A stretch of DNA of 64,000 nucleotides from Octopus sinensis (Eukaryota): the NCBI RefSeq assembly GCF_006345805.1, contig NC_043000.1:109306001-109370000 (forward strand), read 5' to 3'. Made by a program: the position numbers and the translations under genes. The notes below the pieces were generated by a model, which was not told the DNA's origin, ran no database searches, and saw only the letters and a list, made by a program, of their open reading frames with translations. Positions 1 through 12,630 of this stretch are shown in pieces. How positions within the stretch are numbered: position 1 is the first letter of the stretch; each line of letters opens with the position of its first letter.

Positions 1-48
1 CTTGTTGTTCATACACCTGTCTTTGTCTTTTGTTTTTCTCTAAATTTC

Positions 49-49
<1 letters not shown>

Positions 50-115
<66 letters not shown>

Positions 116-158
116 ACACACACACACATATATATATACATATATATATATATATATG
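50..158. repeat. (CA)n/(TA)n microsatellite
   Basis: Seen directly in the sequence. Confidence 0.95.
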
Positions 159-1699
159 GCATATTTATATGTGTGCGTGTGTCATTTGTTCCTACGTACG
201 TTTTACCATTATGGTTGTTGTATCTCTATCAAATGTTGATGTTCCAAGTGGGTCACGTTACTGCATTAATGTTGCGCGTGCGGACGTGTGTGTCTGTATG
301 TGGTTCATTAAATTCTTTCGATATATATCACAGACATTTGAGATGTCTTATCCATTGAATGGACATCACTACTGGACTGGTACTTTATTGTTATCGACCC
401 CGGAGTGATGAAAGTTAAAATTGAGTTCAGCGAGATTCGAAACCCGCTGCAGGGAAGACAAATGATAATGTCACTCTGCACAAGTTGTTCTGTGTAAGCA
501 ATGTCATCGAAACAAACTTGCGTTACTTGGTTGCTATGAGACCAGAGTCGTTCCACAAATTGACAGTAACAACAACAACTGCAACAGCAACAGCAACAAT
601 ACGTTCGCAATATAAACTTCATTAATCTCACCAGTCACTAAGGACCTGTAAAGGTCAAGGAAACGTGCCCCTCTTCCTCCTCTTTCTCCCCCTCTTCCTT
701 CTCCTTCCGCTCTTCCTTATATGCTGGTTAATTTATAAATTATATGAATAAAGGACTGCACTCTAGTGTCATGTGACCTGATTTGAGCGGGAAATAATTA
801 CCTTTGAGGAAGTTTCTTAGCAAGCATTTAAAATACCCATATACCAGTTACAGTGAAGATCGTGTGGACTAGTGGTCAGGAGTGACTGACCCATGATCAT
901 AAATCCATGGGTTCATGGTTAGGGTGATGTACACGTGATCACAATTGAGGTTTCGATTCGCGGACGTGCAGTGCATTGTGTTTTTGTACACACTACTCCA
1001 TTTCTGTTGCCCCAGTCTACTCAGCTGTAAGTGGGTATCCCTCTGATAGACTTATGTCCCGTTCAAAGGAACGTTGTGATCCCAGTCATTTATTTCAAAT
1101 CTTGAACTAAGCACTGATTTATATCCTTGTACAAGGTACTTCACTTCGTCGACCTACTCAGCTGCAATGAGCCGGGTGCTGGCTGGCGGCGGAGGGATCT
1201 TCTATTTCGCTCTCTCTCTATATCTCTCTCTCTTCTCTCTTTCTCTCTCTTCTCTCTCTCTCTCCCTCTATCTCTCTCTCCAGTTGTCATGTCTTAGATG
1301 CTCTCCTGGCTCAAGGTTGAAAGGTTCAAGAGGGACTCTACGTCTTCTCGCTACCCCAAAGCAATTAATGAAAGCACAGCCCATGCTACAAAGTGACTGC
1401 TCGCTGTACTTAATGATTATACTTCGTTAATAGATTAGCTGCTTGCATACTTCCCTAGTAATTTCAATTAATTAGCGATGAGACGGCTGATTTTGTATAT
1501 CTGTTGTTTTTAACTTGATTCCGTGAGTGGGTTGCAGCCATGCTTAGGCACCACGGTGAAGGGCTTTCATCGAACAGAATGACCCTTGTACTTGTTCTGT
1601 TTTGCTTCTTTTGACAAAGCGCAGAGTGGACAATACTAACTGTTATAATTTAATTATTCATAATCTGATGAAATATTTTGGAATATAAAAATTCCTTCT

Positions 1700-2290
1700 T
1701 CAGATATTGCTAAGAATTGATCGAGTCACTGATATAATCGGTTTTCCAACAGTTATTGATTTCTTTTTTGCATTTCGGAAGCGTTTCTGCAGTGGTCTCA
1801 CGAAGCTCCTTCGGGAATTCCTCATGAGAAGTGCGTGAGAGCGGCTACGTCTCAAGCTGGTATGTTGGCATTTCCGCAGCGCTGCTTCTAAGTCATGTAG
1901 TATACGGGCAGTTTCTTTTTATATTACATGAGCATGTTACCATAAATGAACTTACACGCATCCAGATGTAGCTAAATAATATAGTGATTGCTAATTTCCA
2001 GCCTGTTGTTAATCTGGGGCCCTAGTCTGTCTATGAGGATAGCTTCCTTAATTCTTAGATTTCCCATATTTCTGTCATTGGCCTCAGTTGTGACTGTTAT
2101 GCTTTTGTCGGTGTTCCGGCATCTGTCTAGATGCTTTCCGGAGGAGGAAAACCGATTATAGAAGTGACTCGATCTGTTCCTAGCAATATCTGAAGAAGGC
2201 ACAATACGAAAGTACGAGCGAGTGAGTCGCTCGTTAAACATAATTAATCTGTTAAAGACAATTATCAAATTTTACATGTCTCTTTCTGCC
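1700..2290 (-). mobile_element. Penelope-like element 3' fragment (GIY-YIG C-terminus and 3' region)
   Basis: ORF 1972-2268 ends SSGKHLDRCRNTDKSITVTTEANDRNMGNLRIKEAILIDRLGPQINNRLE, matching the HL..C...L.I.EA..I....P.IN pattern of PLE endonucleases. Confidence 0.55.
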
Positions 2291-2432
2291 GTCTTAAACA
2301 AAGATCACATTAAGTAATGTAATCCTTGATATTCTATGCCTGAAAATGATGCCATGATCCCAACTTGCTAGGCTTTCAATATCGTACTGACTCCTTGAAA
2401 AAACATCACCATAATGAATTAACTTTACCGTA

Positions 2433-2472
<40 letters not shown>

Positions 2473-3333
2473 TTACTACTATTACTACTACTACTACTAC
2501 TACTACTATTTACAAACTAACTAACTAACTAACTGACTGACTTCATCGTCATGGAGCCCCGGACGTTACTGAGTCGAGTAGGTTTGCACGGTTCGCACAG
2601 TTTACCATGGTGCTTAAATGATCGAGATGACAACATTCCCCTAAACAGGATGCCTGTCTGTCGCAGGGTTGTTCCTCATTTAAAGCTGAGTGGACGGGAG
2701 CAACGGGAAATGAAGTGGTTTGCTCAAGAACACAAAGCACCGCTTGATCAGTGAATCAGAACCCTGTTCTTGCAATCGTGAGTGTACCATTCTCAGCACA
2801 AGGCTAATCGTAAACACAAGGCGCCTCGTCGTAAAATTGTTGCTCAACGACATTATTCTTACATGACTCCGAGAGCAGCATTATATCCGTAACAGAGTCG
2901 ACCCATACGTTGTGAGTGGAATTGGGTAGGGGGAAATTATGGGGAATCTCGCCAGATGAAGTGTAACTGGAATGCAAACGTACAACCTTGTCATACAGTA
3001 TGTCACGTTGAATCGTGTTGAGCATAGGTTTTAGACTACACGTGACTTTGGAATAACCGACCACTTCCATGTTTATTCCACGAGTAAGTCGCGAGGAGTG
3101 GCTGTGTGGTAAGTAGACGTGTTCTTTTTTGACGTTTTTTTTTGTTGAACGTTGGATAATTTTTCTGTTGGAATTGTTGACTGTTTATTGTTGAATATTT
3201 TCGAACTGTTGAGCATTGTTGAACTTTGAAACTTTGAAAATTTTTGTGCTTTTTCCCGGTGACGGGAGAAAGTAATTGTTTGTGTAAAGCCATTTTTGCA
3301 GTTGTGAATTGTTGAAATATTGAACTTGTTAAA

Positions 3334-3765
3334 GCCGTTGTAGGCTTTATTGTCGTCTCCCCACCAGCGGGGGTGGGATTTGAACTGTTATCCTCATTAA
3401 GAGGAAAAAAATATTATAGGTTTCCCGTTTTGAGGGATAATCAATTTATTATTGTGTGAAAAATTTAATTTTAGCCGTTGTAGGCTCTATTGTGGCACCC
3501 CGCCTCTAGCGGGGTGAGATTTGAACTGTTGTCTTCGTTGTGAGGAAAAAAAAACAACATATTATAGGTTTCCCGTTTTTTGGGATACTGTGATTTTATT
3601 ATTGTGTGAAAAATTAATTTCGAACGTTGTAGGCTTTGTCGTTATGTCTCGCTTCCCAGCGGGGGTGGGACTTGAACTGTTGTCCTCGTTGAGAGGAAAA
3701 AAAAAGTAAAAAATTGTAGGTTTCCCATTTTCTGGGATTAAATTGTGTATAAATTTATTTCGAAC
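3334..3765 (+). repeat. Three tandem 140-150-bp monomers in the LINE 5' UTR
   Basis: Units start at about 3334, 3474 and 3623. Each has cgttgtaggct...agcgggg(g)tg(g)ga(t/c)ttgaactgtt...gaggaaaaaa...taggtttccc(g/a)tttt. Confidence 0.85.
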
Positions 3766-3769
3766 GAAT

Positions 3770-4920
3770 ATGTCGGTCGAAATAATTTCAGAGAAAAATT
3801 CACTGGAAGAGACAGTTAAGAAATTTTCAGCAGTTACCGCGGTGGCTACTGAAAACGTCGAACTACCAAAAGAAAAGCTCTCCGAGCGTTTTGAAAAAAT
3901 GAAAGAAGAGTGGGGTGATATAAAAATATCACGGATCTTTTCGGCTTGAACGGCAGTTTTTTCTAGCAGTGTCATATGAAATTGTCACCCATAATTATGA
4001 CCCTAGTATCGATCTATTGCATTTCAATCTGTTTTAGGGTTTGGGTTAGTTAGGGTTAGGGGTGGGGGAAGGGTATCTTTTTTCTTCACAGATGTAAATA
4101 AACCCAATCTGTTTCTTAAACGAGGGACATATTCATACGGCACAGAATGTTTTTTTTTACCCCAATGGACGTCATTGATTGGTTGAAATTGCAGAAATTG
4201 AAGAAAAAAACAACAAATATCTTACAAACTATAGAATTTTCTCAATAAAGCCAAGAGAAAAAGATGTTTTATAAACACATTCTACCAGTATACGAAATTA
4301 AAAATGTTTTAGTTACCTAGAAATTATGTTAAAAACTGCCGTTCAAACCGAAAAGATGCAATATCACTCTCACCTAGTGTTGAAAAACTGAAAAGAAGGA
4401 CAGTTGTTTTCAAAACATACGGTCCTTCAACAAAGAAATTTAAGCACTTTGAGCAGTGCAAAATTGAAAAATTTCTGGCTCCCATATGGGAAGACATAAA
4501 GTATATAGCGAGGGGCCGTACTTATGGCACAGTAGAAGCTAGATTTGATGCAGAAGTAAAAGCTCAAGAGCACTCAGTGAGTCCCCTGAAAACGAAGGAA
4601 TTGATACTTCTGCCAATCTACATGGGGAGACGAACTGCTCGTGTAAGAGTGACAGAAGTGCCACCTGAAGTTGATGTAAGGGAGGTGATGGCCGCCCTGT
4701 TGTATAACAGGACGGACGAAATCGCCTTCCTTCAGATCACACGCTCTGTCCCACAAAACTGGCTCAGGCAGAGCATTTCTGCCATTATTCAGGGAACTCA
4801 GGAAGATATCGAAATGCTTTCAGAGAGGGTGCTCTTGGGTGAGGATATCGCCTTCAGAATACAAGTTGAGGGCAAAAAGCCAACGTGTTACGAATGTAGC
4901 AAAAAAGACCACATCCGTAT
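3770..4920 (+). pseudogene. LINE ORF1 (gag-like, CCHC knuckle), interrupted by a MITE
   Basis: ATG at 3770 (MSVEIISEKN...EEWGDIKIS). Removing 3933-4367 restores one open frame: ...KISLSPSVEKLKRRTVVFKTYGP...GRRTARVRVTEVPPEV...CYECSKKDH, about 238 codons. Confidence 0.7.
3933..4359. mobile_element. MITE with TIRs and an 8-bp TSD (Merlin-like termini)
   Basis: TSD aatatcac at 3925-3932 and 4360-4367. TIRs ggatcttttcggcttgaacggcagtttt and aaaactgccgttcaaaccgaaaagatgc. GG..CC-type ends with an 8-bp TSD fit Merlin, but the superfamily call is inferred. Confidence 0.8.
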
Positions 4921-4989
4921 ATATTTTTTGTATTTGTCTGAATATCTATTATTATTATTGTTGTTGTTGTTGTTGTTATTATTATTATA

Positions 4990-5725
4990 GACGTCACACA
5001 GTACACAATATCGTGAGGTTGTTGATTGAAGATATTGCGTCTACCGGTGACTTGTACTGTTTGTCAAGTCACAACAAGGACCTCAGACAGACAATACTTT
5101 ACGCAATATGCGTCCAGTTCCAAGTAATGCGGACGTTTGCTGTACACTTAGATTATAGGGTATTTCTAAGGTTTTCAGATGTTTTTTTCAGATTGTGTGG
5201 TATTGAACCCAATGCTCCGATGACAATAGGGATAACCTTTATGTTCGACTCGCGTAGCTGCCACATCTTAGCGATCTCACTCCTCAGGTCTCCATATTTA
5301 TCAACCTTTTCTCTTTCTTTCATGATGATATGTTGATCACCTGGCACTGCCACGTCGATTATTAGGCACTCTTGTTTGTCACTCCTAAAGATTACTATAT
5401 CCGGCCTTCGGTGCTCTAACACCTTGTCTGTCTGGAAATCAAAGTCCCAGAGGGTTCTTGCCTTCCCCTTTTCGTCCATTACCTTTTCCGGTGTATGTTG
5501 GTACCAAGCACCCGTAACCGCATAGCCATACTTACGGTATAGTAGCCAGTGGAGGTTTTGGACTACCGCGTCGTGTCTATGTTTGTACTCTTTCTACGTT
5601 AGACTTTCTCAAGCAATGTGAGCCACGCTTTCGACCCTCTTCCCACACATTCTGCGGAGGTCCGATGCACTTGTGTGGTATATATTCTTCTTTACTGAGT
5701 TGGTTTTCGATGCCTGGTCCTGAGC
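4990..5725 (-). mobile_element. 5'-truncated R4/Dong-like non-LTR retrotransposon (restriction-like endonuclease domain)
   Basis: AQDQA...RMCGKRVESVAHI...HRHDAVVQNLHW...LWDFDFQTDKVLEHRRPDIVIF...CLIIDVAVPGD...EKVDKYGDL...IPIVIGALGSIP, the PD-(D/E)xK RLE signature. Both ends sit in (TAT/TAA)n. Confidence 0.85.
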
Positions 5726-7282
5726 ATATTATTATTATTATTAATATTATACAGGCGAAGTCGACCGCAGCGGACTATGAATTTAGAATATAGAGTTAGC
5801 CGAAATGCTGCAGAGCATTTTGTCTTAACGATTCTACCAGTTCCCTGTCTTTCGATACATGGTTCTTGAGACTCAAGAGGTTATATAGATTATTTTGCGG
5901 CCTAACCTCCCTGTTATGGGACGACAAGTCTTTTAAAGTAACACTATAAAACAGATTTAATGTTTCGGGGATATATTCACTTCTCTGCATCTGTTACGTC
6001 AACCTCTTGATATGAACAATACTATCTCCGTCTCTCTCTCTCTCTCTCTCTGTCATTATCCATGAATATATAGATGTGTTCAAGTTTAGCTAATTTGCAT
6101 GTTAATTAATTAATTCATCTTCACACAATAAATATACACAAAAAATAAAATAATATAAAGAATACGCAAATTAGTCAGGCCTTATTGGGTGTGTATAATG
6201 AGAAGTAAATTATGTAGCAGTGAAGGAAACGAACAGCTGCTTCCTATCGCCATCAGCTGTACTATTGTTGGAGCTTTCCAAATTAACTCGACGCTACTCT
6301 ATTGTCGCTTCTCGCTGATTTGCTTCTATTTCTCTTGAGAGTTTAAAAAGTTAATCATAATACCATTTAACTCTTCATCTATTGGGTATATGTGAGACAC
6401 AGCCAAAGACTGGCTGTGAGTGTGTGTGTGTGTACCCGTTTCTGTACGTTTATAACGAGATATTCATGTATAAATACACATGCACGTAAGAGTGAAGAGT
6501 GCTGAGATCGAGATGAGGCTGAGTGAGGTTTGGCAGGAAGTAATGTTATTTATTCGCATAGCCTTTTGCCAAGGTTCATTAGATCCCAACAAGAGTCTGA
6601 AATACTTTGAATAAAAGAAGAAAATGGATAACTCTGCTAGAAAGTTCTTACGAGAATGTTTTTGTTTCCCGTCATGCTCCACGAAATGGCTACTGCAAAA
6701 CACCTTTAAACCTGTAGCAGACAATTTTAAAATAGAGATGGCTCATTATTAGATGATGTAACGGGATTGTCTGTACCCTAAATCTGGGGGACACTGCCAA
6801 TAATAGTCGAGTGTGTCATCCAGATAACATTAAAGAATTTGGAGCGTAGAAGCGCGGCTAAAGCACCGAGTCAAGCAAGAAATAAAAGGAAAGGGTGATA
6901 AGAACTGCGAAGGACACGGGGGATGGACTGGCAGGAATATGAAAGAAGTGGATATAGTTGTTTCATATTCGTACACAGGTGCGCATCTTGTAGTTAGAAT
7001 ATCGGACTCACTATCGCAAGATTGTGGTTTCGATTCCCGCACCGGGTTGTGAATTGTGTTCTTTAGCAAAACACTTTACTTCACGTTGCTCCAATCCACT
7101 CAACAATTGTAGATTACTAACCCTGAGACAAACTGGTTTCTCGCTCAGAGAAAATGATGTCATCTCTCACTTATAAGCCATAGAACTGAGTAACTAGTCC
7201 TAGGAGTTCTAGACCATGCGACTGTACTTATTTGTACGCATTCGTACACCTAGAATGATCAGGATAGGCGTAATATTATGAG

Positions 7283-7505
7283 ATGGTAGAATCGCTAGAA
7301 CGCCGGGCGAAATGCTTAGCGGTATTTCGTCTGCCGTTACGTTCTGAGTTCAAATTCCGCCAAAGTTGACTTTGCTTTTCATCCTTTCGGGGTCGATTAA
7401 ATAAGTACCAGTTACGCACTGGGATCGATGTAATCGACTTAATACCTTTGTCTGTCCTTGTTTGTCCCCTCTATCTTTAGCCCCTTGTGGGCAATAAAGA
7501 AATAA
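7283..7505 (+). mobile_element. tRNA-type SINE family B
   Basis: gtagaatcgctagaacgccgggcgaaatgc...gagttcaaattccgcc...gactttgcttttcatcctttcggggtcgat...ccccttgtgggcaataaagaaata. Other copies at about 25095-25272(-), 31785-31895(-), 35875-36090(+), 45905-46105(+), 50750-50890(-), 55862-56032(-), 56600-56935(-) and 58400-58597(-). Confidence 0.8.
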
Positions 7506-8876
7506 ATATTATGAGTAAAGGATTTCGCCAGAAAGACGGAGCAACGTAGACAAGACGGTTTAGCAAAAGAAGCTGCAGTCAGGCGCATGCTGTAGAATAT
7601 ATAGCCAAGCAGTATTAAAGGACGGCCTAGAATGTCTCAGCTGTGTGTTCCCTGTACGAGCGCTATGCATTGTCGGAGTGTATGCTTGCAAGTCAAGTCA
7701 TGACGCATAAAACAACACAGTAGGTAAAGTAAGAACGGTCTTGAGTCGTAGCATTCATGCTACCCAGCTATCCAGTGTCTATGGCGTATAACAGATCACA
7801 AACAGTTCCAGGGTTATTCATTTACATTTGAGAGGGCTGCAGCAAATGTTTTCCTCAAGAATTCGACGCATCGTCGGATCCGGGAATTAAAACAACCATC
7901 TTGCGACCGTGAGTGCAGAGTACCCTAACCACAAGGCGACGCTCCTTCCATAATAGCTATAAATTGGACAAGATCAATACCTAACAGATAATAGCTTGCC
8001 TAACCAATGTAGCAGTGCAGCTTAGGAACGGTATGAGAGCGATGTTGCAGAAAACAATAAATCAGATTTCTCAAGTGCAGATAAGGAAAGTTACCAAATC
8101 ATTTTGTATTGATGGAGAAACGTCTGGAACGTTGGCGTGGTATGATTTAATGAACAAAAATAATAAAGTCCAGATTATTGAATTGGGAAGATAATGAGAA
8201 ATGCATACATGAACGTAATACTCCGAATTATAAGGATTCGCTGAAATACGAAGAAGTGAGTGTACAGTGCGTTCAGTTGAGATTGGATGTTGTGGGTTTA
8301 GGGCTTGATCCGTAATAACACACATGTATCCTATATATTTATACACACACACGCGCTCACACACACACACACACATGTTAAAGACTTGCTGGGACAGGAA
8401 GTCGAAGTATTTGGAGTGTATCAAACAAGGCGTTCTTTGCTGACATCGTGAATTCGTGTCTCGAGGAAGTCTGAAAGCCCTCTGGTGTAGAAAATCCATG
8501 TACATCACCTGTAAATCCAATGTGTGGGACTTGCGAAGAGTAGACCGTGTAATTTGGGTTCGGTCCCGCCGCACGACTTCATGAGCAAATGTATGCGATA
8601 CCCTTCAGTGAGACATTATTTTACGATTGGAATTTGGTAGTTATAGTTGGAAAATTCAACCGAAGCCCGTTATCTGATGCCTCAATGTGTGTGTGTGTGT
8701 GTTGAATTGATGAATTGAAGGAGGATCAAACGTCACAAAATTATGAGTGAATTATTCAAATATATCATGAAGACGGAACCACTGTTGGTGATATGAAACC
8801 ATTGGTGCCAGTTTCATAAAATAATGGAATTTACTTATATTTTGTAACCTGTATCTCTTTCAATTAAATGTGAGAA

Positions 8877-9239
8877 CAGTAGAACCTCGTAATTTGTTGT
8901 ACGAGCCGAGGACGTACGTACTTTTGTCTTGAAGTACGAGCGGAAATCCGCAGTACGAGCACACAAATCGTCCTAGCTTTAAGGTAATTCAGTTAATAAA
9001 ACCAGTTTACATATTTCTTTTGCATTATCTAATTTTATAATTATCATTTTACTTCTAACCACACCTTTTCTATTTCAAAACACATAAAAAAATGTTTTTG
9101 AGTGGTTTGCGGGGGTGGCTGGAACGTATTAATTATGTTTTAGTTAATTTCAATGGGGAAAATTGACTTGTAAAATTAGTAAATTGTCAGACTAGCTTTG
9201 TGGTGGAACGAATTAAACTCGTACTGTGAGGTATCACTG
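8877..9239. mobile_element. pogo/Tigger-like (Tc1/mariner) MITE
   Basis: Termini cagtagaacctcg and tgaggtatcactg|ta, the CAGT..CCTCG terminal type with TA at the right end. Confidence 0.55.
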
Positions 9240-11178
9240 TATTTTAGAGACATCAGTATTTTCAGCAATGTAGAATTGAATGGACATCTTTTGTCTAGTA
9301 AATAATGTTTTTAGATATCGAATTTAGTTTTCGAAGAAAACTGATATTTTGATGATAGAAAATAATAAGGATTATTTGTAAACTATATCCTATGGCCGAT
9401 ACAAACTGTGAAGGTTTTAAAAATCAACACAATAGCGAAAATAGTGAGAATGATAACATCCAATGAAAATTACCAATTCCTTGATGAAAGCTGGCAAATA
9501 TCTACGTAGTTAAATCAAATGCAACAGTGTGTGAGATCAGGTTGCAACTGGTTGGTTGTTAGTCTTCAATGCCTCATACTTTCTGTATAACAATCTAGAA
9601 GCAACAACTATTTGTTTATGTATTTCATCAGGAGATTGTGTTGGTCCTTAGTTTTGTTTCTTTGGTCATATGAAAAGCTTTGATTCGTGTACCTGAGATA
9701 TTCGTTAAATTCATACATCTTCATGTTATCTTAAACGTTAAGGTCCCTATAACAAAGTCTATGATGTTACTTTGCTTTTCTTCTATATTACGATGATATC
9801 TGACCATTTTCATTTTGAACTGAGCAACTCCATACGAAATACTTACTTATACGACAAAAACTCTCCTGTCGCAAACGTCAGGCGAGGGTCCCGCAGCTTC
9901 TCGCTGAACAATTTGCACAAATAATCTGTTTGCAGCGAACATAAGATCGTGCTGCACATTATCTCACTCCCTCCATCAAATCGATATTACCTGTACAGTC
10001 GCATGATGAGCCACACATCAGATGCGGAAGTGATTGCAGAGTAATATGAAATGAAGTGTTTTTCTCAAAAACTCAAGGCAACGCTCGGTCTGGGAATCGA
10101 AACCGCGATTTCACGATCGTGAGTGTCAAACCCTATCAACCCGGCCACGCTATGTTACTGTTGTGTATATGTCAGTTAAGGTTTTATAACTAACAGTATT
10201 AATGCTATGCAAGGCAGTTCCGGTAAAGTATCAGACAAATGCCTGGGTAATTGAGTTCAAATAATGACAAGGTCGATTTTAACTTTCATCAGTCTGGAGA
10301 CTGCGTAACGCATTGTTCACAGCATGGCTGTTTTTGAGTGACCAAATGATACATGGATGGCATCGTTATCAGATGGTTTTTCAGAGACGTTTAAGACCCT
10401 CACCAAACAATTTGCAGGAAAGGCTCGAGAACGTTTATAGCTCCTTGTTATGAGTTGTCCTGAATATCTTCGAGAAAGAAAGCATTTGACGGGAGACTGT
10501 GCAGCAGTCTTCTTGCAATCTCCATTGTCACTGGAGAGAGATGCATGCAAGGTGCACGAAATTGTTGGAAGCTAAACAAGAATTTGTTAATGATGCATTC
10601 CTGACAACCCGATGTGGATATACATGATTCAACTGTCCAGCAAAATTCTTCAGCAACCACCGCCATTCAAAATCAGGATATTGCCCCATTGATATCGAGA
10701 ATGCTATGAAGGCTGGGGTGATCAAGCTCAGTTTATGTTAAACCTTGAGGTTCTGCCAATGTGGATTTATGTACTTTAACCATATACATGTAGGCGAGAC
10801 TGTGTGTTAGAGGAGTTTCCTTCACAAGCAGGTGGATTTGGGTTCAGTCCTTCAGTATGACATCTTGTACAAGCATCATCTGCTATAACCCTGGGCCAAC
10901 CAATGCGTTTTGAATGGACTTGGTAGACGCAAACTGAAAGGAGCTCACCGTTTATTTATGTGTGTGTGTCTTTGTCTCTTTGCCTTGACATCGCATGGTA
11001 GTTGTAAATGAGCATCACCGTCATACAAATGGTGTCGCTTGTTTCTACTCTTTTGTAAACAAAATATCAGGCCATGGGGAAATATTACCTTGCTTGTAAA
11101 CAGGTGAGGATTAGCGGCAAGAAGCGTATTCCGCTGTAGCAAATCTATTCCAACAAATATCGTCTGGTCCATGTAGAC

Positions 11179-12630
11179 TAGTGTTTCCCAAACTTTTCGC
11201 AAATTACAATATCGCCCACCTATAGACCAAAAAAATGCTCCATCGCCCATCTGTGTAAAAAATCCCGACACAACCCTACGCAATGCAAAATCCCCTAAGA
11301 CCCTGCCCCTGTATCATTTGATACATACACTATATCAGACTCATTGCCCTGTTAGTGCTGTTTGGACTAAGTATACGGTTGTTTATTCCTTATTGTGGGT
11401 TTAGTTTTGCCATTAGTGTCAATAAAATTCTAACGTTAACTCTATTTTATGCAGACAGATTAACTTCTGGGAACTTGTGCTTTCTTTTACACTGATTTTC
11501 ATTTTCCTCAAATGAACCATTGATCAGAACTACTGATGCTAAAATAATTAATGATTGTATTATAAAGAAAAAGAATACAACTTTTTAATGAGAACCGTGT
11601 GTCTGGTGCAATGCAGCTAGTGCAGGTACATTCGGTTTCAAACTTGTCAACTTTAGCTGCGAGTCTCCTCGTTGTGTCACATCCAGACCAGTTCTTTTAT
11701 GGGAAAGTAAAGTTCCAACATGGTTAAAACCAGATTCAACCGGGTATGAGGTAGGGAAGGCAAGCAAAAGTAATGGTTTCCACAGATTTGGGTAGGAATT
11801 CAATATCCCCTGATGGTACCACAAACCTTCTTTGCCATTATGGCGTCATTGTCATTTTGTAACTCCATCAATTCCTCTTGAACATTGTCCTCGCAATTGA
11901 CTGCATCAACCTCAAATGGGTTACTATAGCAATTTGGAATATTCAGTGCAGTGACATCTTGCAATCGCTCCAACATACCATCGTGCAATGATTGTAAATA
12001 GTTCCAAAGAACCAAAATGTGGAAATTGAAGGTATTGATGTTTTGAAATGTTAGTTTAAATCATCACCAATTTCGAAATGAAGGTCGTGATAAATGATTT
12101 ACTATCAATGAGAGTTTTTTTCTGTTTCCTTGCAATAACCTATTCAAATCATTCAATTTTGTGAATATATATCACAAAGAAAAAAGATATCGCATCTTGC
12201 AGCCATCAATGAAGTGGATAGTGGAGTAGCTTCAAAGAAAAAGATATATGAAACAGTTCAACAAAGAGTAAAACAGTTTCCTTTTGACAGCTACTGCACT
12301 TCAGCATGTTTAGTATAGTCCTCATCATCTCTGAGACAGAGTTGATGGAAAATTCGATCAAACAAGGAACTGGACTTCAATTTGTTCAGTCTTGATAACT
12401 AACTGTAGTGCATCATTCAATCTACTGTTCATATTTTTTGCCACTAAATGCTGCCGGTGTGCCAAGTAATGAACATTTAGTATCTGGTGAGGAATTTCAT
12501 GCTTTAGGAGAGATGAAAAACCTCTATATCTTCCTATCATCGAAGGGGCTCCATCAGACGCAAAGGCAAGAATATTACTGAGTGGGATATTATGTTCAAA
12601 AAGGAAAGAATTGTGAGTGTGAAAAATAAT
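11179..12630 (-). mobile_element. Decayed hAT transposon of the Buster/Charlie group (3' half and one terminus)
   Basis: Fragments EHNIPLSNILAFASDGAPSMIGRYRGF...HYLAHRQHLVAKN and LLLAFPTSYPVESGFNHV...RGDSQLKLTSLKPNVPALAALHQTHGSH*. Terminus tagtgtttcccaaac at 11179, preceded by atgTAgac (NNNTANNN target type). Several stops and frameshifts. Confidence 0.85.

Larger units (their letters stand above)
3117..4920 (+). mobile_element. 5' part of a Tx1/L1-like LINE (tandem-repeat 5' UTR plus ORF1), 3'-truncated
   Basis: Monomeric 5' repeats followed by an ORF1-like protein with a zinc-knuckle start (FRIQVEGKKPTCYECSKKDHIR). Cut off by a microsatellite and an R4-like LINE. Confidence 0.68.

Noticed and set aside
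3334-3765. CRISPR-like array
   Set aside because: The context is eukaryotic, the whole 140-150-bp units are homologous with no unique spacers, and there are no cas genes.
10317-10760. Overlapping short ORFs as a gene or retrocopy
   Set aside because: Multiple stops in every frame and no recognisable family.
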